Shown here piece by piece: positions 36,132 to 39,359 of a stretch of 39,359 nucleotides of DNA. The stretch's first letter is position 1. Every line of letters starts with the position of its first letter. The position numbers and the translations under genes are program-made. The DNA is taken from assembly GCA_039545335.1 (NCBI GenBank), contig BCIN01000002.1, forward strand, positions 2,218,484 through 2,257,842, in the 5' to 3' direction. Below the pieces are notes generated by a model. The model was not told where the DNA came from. It searched no databases and worked only from the letters and a program-made list of their open reading frames with translations. Source of the stretch: Kondoa subrosea. Taxonomy: Eukaryota.

Positions 36132-37451
36132 TCAAGCCAAAACTTCTTTTACTTCCGGATCGATCTTGATCCAAATTTCTTTCAAATCATTCCAACTCTT
36201 GCGTTGAGCTTCATATCCTTCCGCACTGAGCGAATAATCACTTTCTTCTTCCACATCACATGAAGCTGTACACAATCTCAATTAGATACGTTCACAAAAA
36301 AGGCATGTCCACGCCGAGAGAAACGCACCGACATAAGCTCCTTGTTTAGTTTGATTGGTGCAAGCCCAAACTAGATTCCTACTGCCTACTTCTGTTGTCC
36401 GAGCGATAAGAGTTTTCATGAGTATAAAGAAGTAGCTGTCAAATGTTATTTCAGCCATAAGAAAGGAGTGTGAAAGAACTAAAGTTGGAGCTTACTATTG
36501 AAGACCCTTTGCATCTCTTGACAGTTCACTATGACATAAACCTGGGTTGACCTGTTCATTCAACCCCACGTCGTCAGCACCGACTGGTTGGAACAGACAA
36601 TGAAGGACGAACGACATTGACCACAACTTTGTCAGTTGCAATTTTCCCAATTTCTCTAACCAAGAAAAGATTCAACAGTTTCGAAACATTGTATCGATCA
36701 TCAGCATTGAATCTTTTTTGATCGTTCAAAACATGAATAGGATGATCTTCTCCATTTTTGGCTTCAATGAATTTAGTCCAATGATGAACTTCAGAACCGG
36801 TCAAGGTTAGATGAGGTTTGAATGAGGAAGAAGTAGATGGTGGTGTGGGTATGGAAGCTGTTGATTCTAATAATGGTAGAAGAAGGAGAGCTAACAATCC
36901 AGTGGAAATAACATTGGTTTGTAGGCTGTTAAGTATCAAGCGTATCAACATGGAATGTGAGATGTGATATGAGAGATAGACAGACCAAGCTTCATAACCA
37001 TCTGAAGTAGTATTCCACTGACCGGGGGCTATTCCAGCATTAAGCAACAAAACATCCAACCGTTCCAATTCTTTCTTGACTCTTTCAGCAAACGTTTTAA
37101 CGCTTGCAAAAGAAGATAAATCCAAATTCCAAACTTGAATATTCACACCAGGATGACTTTGAAGAATATCACTTTTCGCTTCTTCTCCCTTTGATAAATT
37201 TCTAACTGCTAAGATGAGGACATCGGGTTTCATGGAAGCGAAATGTCTAGCTGCTTCTAATCCTAATCCTGTGTTGCTACCTACGGCAGATAAGAAGCAT
37301 AGACATGAGCGAACAGTATTGTTGTTACTGCAGAGACCCTTTACATACCAGTGACAATCACATTGCGTCCAGTTAAATTAAGGGAATTGTCGACCTGAGG
37401 TAAAGTCTTGAATTGGTTATGCAAGAAAGTGGTGAGTGGGTAAGGAGCCAT
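36132..37451 (-). CDS. Short-chain dehydrogenase/reductase (retinol dehydrogenase/WWOX-like subgroup)
   Basis: VIVT|GSNTGLGLEAARHF, LILAVRN, LDLSSFASV, LDVLLLNAGI, catalytic YNVSK and VNPGLCHSEL. Confidence 0.93.
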
Positions 37452-37837
37452 ATTTCTTTTTGAGCTGCAGTGAATGTAAAAAGGTAGGCTTCAGAGCAAG
37501 TTGTGGTGCAAGAAGAAGAGTAGATAAGCAATCGAGAAAGTGACGCCCGTAATTTCGGCTTGGACGCGCGGCATGGCTTACTAAGCGCAATACTCATGCC
37601 GGGCGACGGATATCTCCAGATATCTCAAAGCAAGGTGTACAGAGAGCTGTATCGCGACAAGCTGTCACCAAGAGGATATGAGGGTTGCAATCTAGCTATG
37701 GTTGTCATGTAACTTACAATGGTATACAAATGCTGCAGTTATCCTATACTCCCTCTTCTAACTTTTGACTGACACTCTCACAGCTCTCTCTCACCAGTCC
37801 ACATGTGTACGGCCCCAGACTAAGCACAAGCTCTGAT

Positions 37838-38218
37838 TCAAGACGACTTGAAATTTGGAAATTGAGTTTCTGAAGGTGAATGCAGGGGTTCTGCTTTCCT
37901 AGCCTCTTCTAACAATTCATTCAATCCCTTAGCTTCCAAATCGCTCTGCAGTTTCACATGAGTGCGAGACTTCTACGTAAAAGAAAGAAAGTTACTGACT
38001 TCTATGCATGACCTATACATTTTAAACAAATCACCGCATTTTGACTGCAATTCTGCTCCTTTTGCTTTAACTGCTTCTTGATCTACTGTATTCGTCGTTG
38101 TAGTAGAAGGATTGGAAGAAGGTAAAGCCAAGTTGAGGTATTGCTCGAACCAAGTGTTGAAACAGGAATCATAGCGACGTTTGTAAGCGTTGCATTCTGG
38201 ATTTAATGAGTTTGCCAT
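37838..38218 (-). CDS. MDM35: Mitochondrial intermembrane-space twin CX9C protein Mdm35/TRIAP1
   Basis: MANSLNPECNAYKRRYDSCFNTWFEQYL...CGDLFKMYRSCIE|SDLEAKGLNELLEEAR, with one intron. Confidence 0.92.
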
Positions 38219-38356
38219 TAGTACGTCAGGTGCAATGAAGGGAAGGTTCCTAGGGAGGTTGCTAGTTCGTGAGATAGAAGACACAATTTCGACTCGCTTT
38301 TGGTCTTGGTCGAGCATTCGGTCTCCTCTCTATCTCTCGTACAGTAGCAGATCTGG

Positions 38357-39359
38357 ATGCAACGATCCGGTGTGAAGGTTGCAAGATGTCTCAATCGCCA
38401 AACAGCTCATGCGATGGCTTCATTAACATTTCAACCTTACCATCGTAGCTATGCTTCAATAGCTCCAGCTTTCCCTCATTCCCCTCCTCCTTCTTCCTCT
38501 TCCTCTTCTACAACTACTGATAAAAGTTGGTTATCTCGTGTATTACCCACTTCCACACCAACCAAGAAACCTACATTCGATGCAAGGAACAATCAAGCTT
38601 TACAAAGAGTAGTCGATAACCCCTCTCTTTCCTCTTCCAATACTACAGATGGATTCTCTGGTTCGACAATGCAAAATTTGAGAGATGGAATGTTAATGCG
38701 ATGTACTATCTTTGATCAGCAAGGGAATGTGAGATCCATTAGCGGCGTTTTCAAAAAGGGTGAATTATGCGCAAAACATGGGTTACAGGTCGGTCAATAG
38801 TTTTACTCTCATTCAGTGTGACGCTGATTGAGGAGAATCTATTGATCACAGGCTAGAGATTTGAGGAAAATCGATTCTGCTATTCCAAATGCCGTACCTA
38901 CAATTCTAGTCAGGAAGCAATGCATACTGGTCAGTCCCAGAGTGACTTCATCAGAATCCATCTGATAGTTGGATCACTGGAATCTGACAGGTCAATATAT
39001 TGCATATCCGCGCGCTCATCAAGCCAAAAGAGATTTGGCTTTTCCATACACTAGGGGCCGACTCTTCTCTACATTCTTCCTTTGTATACAATCTTCAGGT
39101 TCGTGATATTCAAACATTTGGTATAGTATGTACCTAAGTTGTTCGATTCATGAACAGCATAATCTTCGATCAACAGGATGTAATATATTACCGTATGAAC
39201 ACAGGTACGTATGTGAACACACATTTCAGTCTCATGGCTGATTCGTTGTTTACCATCGTACAGAGCACTAGAAACCGTTCTTGCATCAGCATCAAAAGCT
39301 TTGGAGGATGATTTAGTCAATGTCAGATCTTTGGTGCTAGATTTATTGGAGGATTTGGA
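38357..39359 (+). CDS. MRS2: Mitochondrial Mg2+ transporter Mrs2/Lpe10 (CorA family), truncated by the window edge
   Basis: Presequence-like N-terminus, then MRCTIFDQQGNV...FKKGELCAKHGLQ|ARDLRKID...PTILVRKQCIL|VNILHIRALIK...RALETVL. Confidence 0.88.

Noticed and set aside
1..39359. CRISPR arrays, tRNA/rRNA genes, transposase or RT ORFs, prokaryotic operons
   Set aside because: None recognised by eye. ORF fragmentation is explained by spliceosomal introns rather than pseudogenisation or an alternative genetic code. Small ncRNAs cannot be excluded without a covariance-model scan.

Overview
Gene-dense, intron-rich eukaryotic DNA. Short (about 44-60 nt) GT-AG introns with CTRAY-like branch points and the gene content point to a fungus, most likely a basidiomycete (inference). 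The ORF track fragments almost every gene, so the roughly 20 gene models here were spliced by hand. In order: a Bud4/anillin-like PH protein, a Pop3-like RNase P/MRP subunit, three adjacent SUR7/PalI-like tetraspan genes, a DUF3500 protein fused in frame to a small extra domain, an FAH-family hydrolase, an AhpD-like protein ending in PTS1 (AKL), a membrane-anchored SGNH/PC-esterase-like protein, a single-pass membrane protein, a zf-PARP protein, Rpc17, a Cys/His-motif hypothetical protein, VPS29, an atypical eIF4E, MLH3, an intronless RING protein, an SDR, MDM35 and a truncated MRS2/LPE10. No rRNA, tRNA, CRISPR array or intact transposon was recognised. The best candidates for something new are the DUF3500-fusion/FAH/AhpD-like cluster (a possible uncharacterised catabolic pathway), the eIF4E paralog lacking the dorsal Trp, and the tetraspan triplet. 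Family assignments come from motif recognition only; no database search was run.
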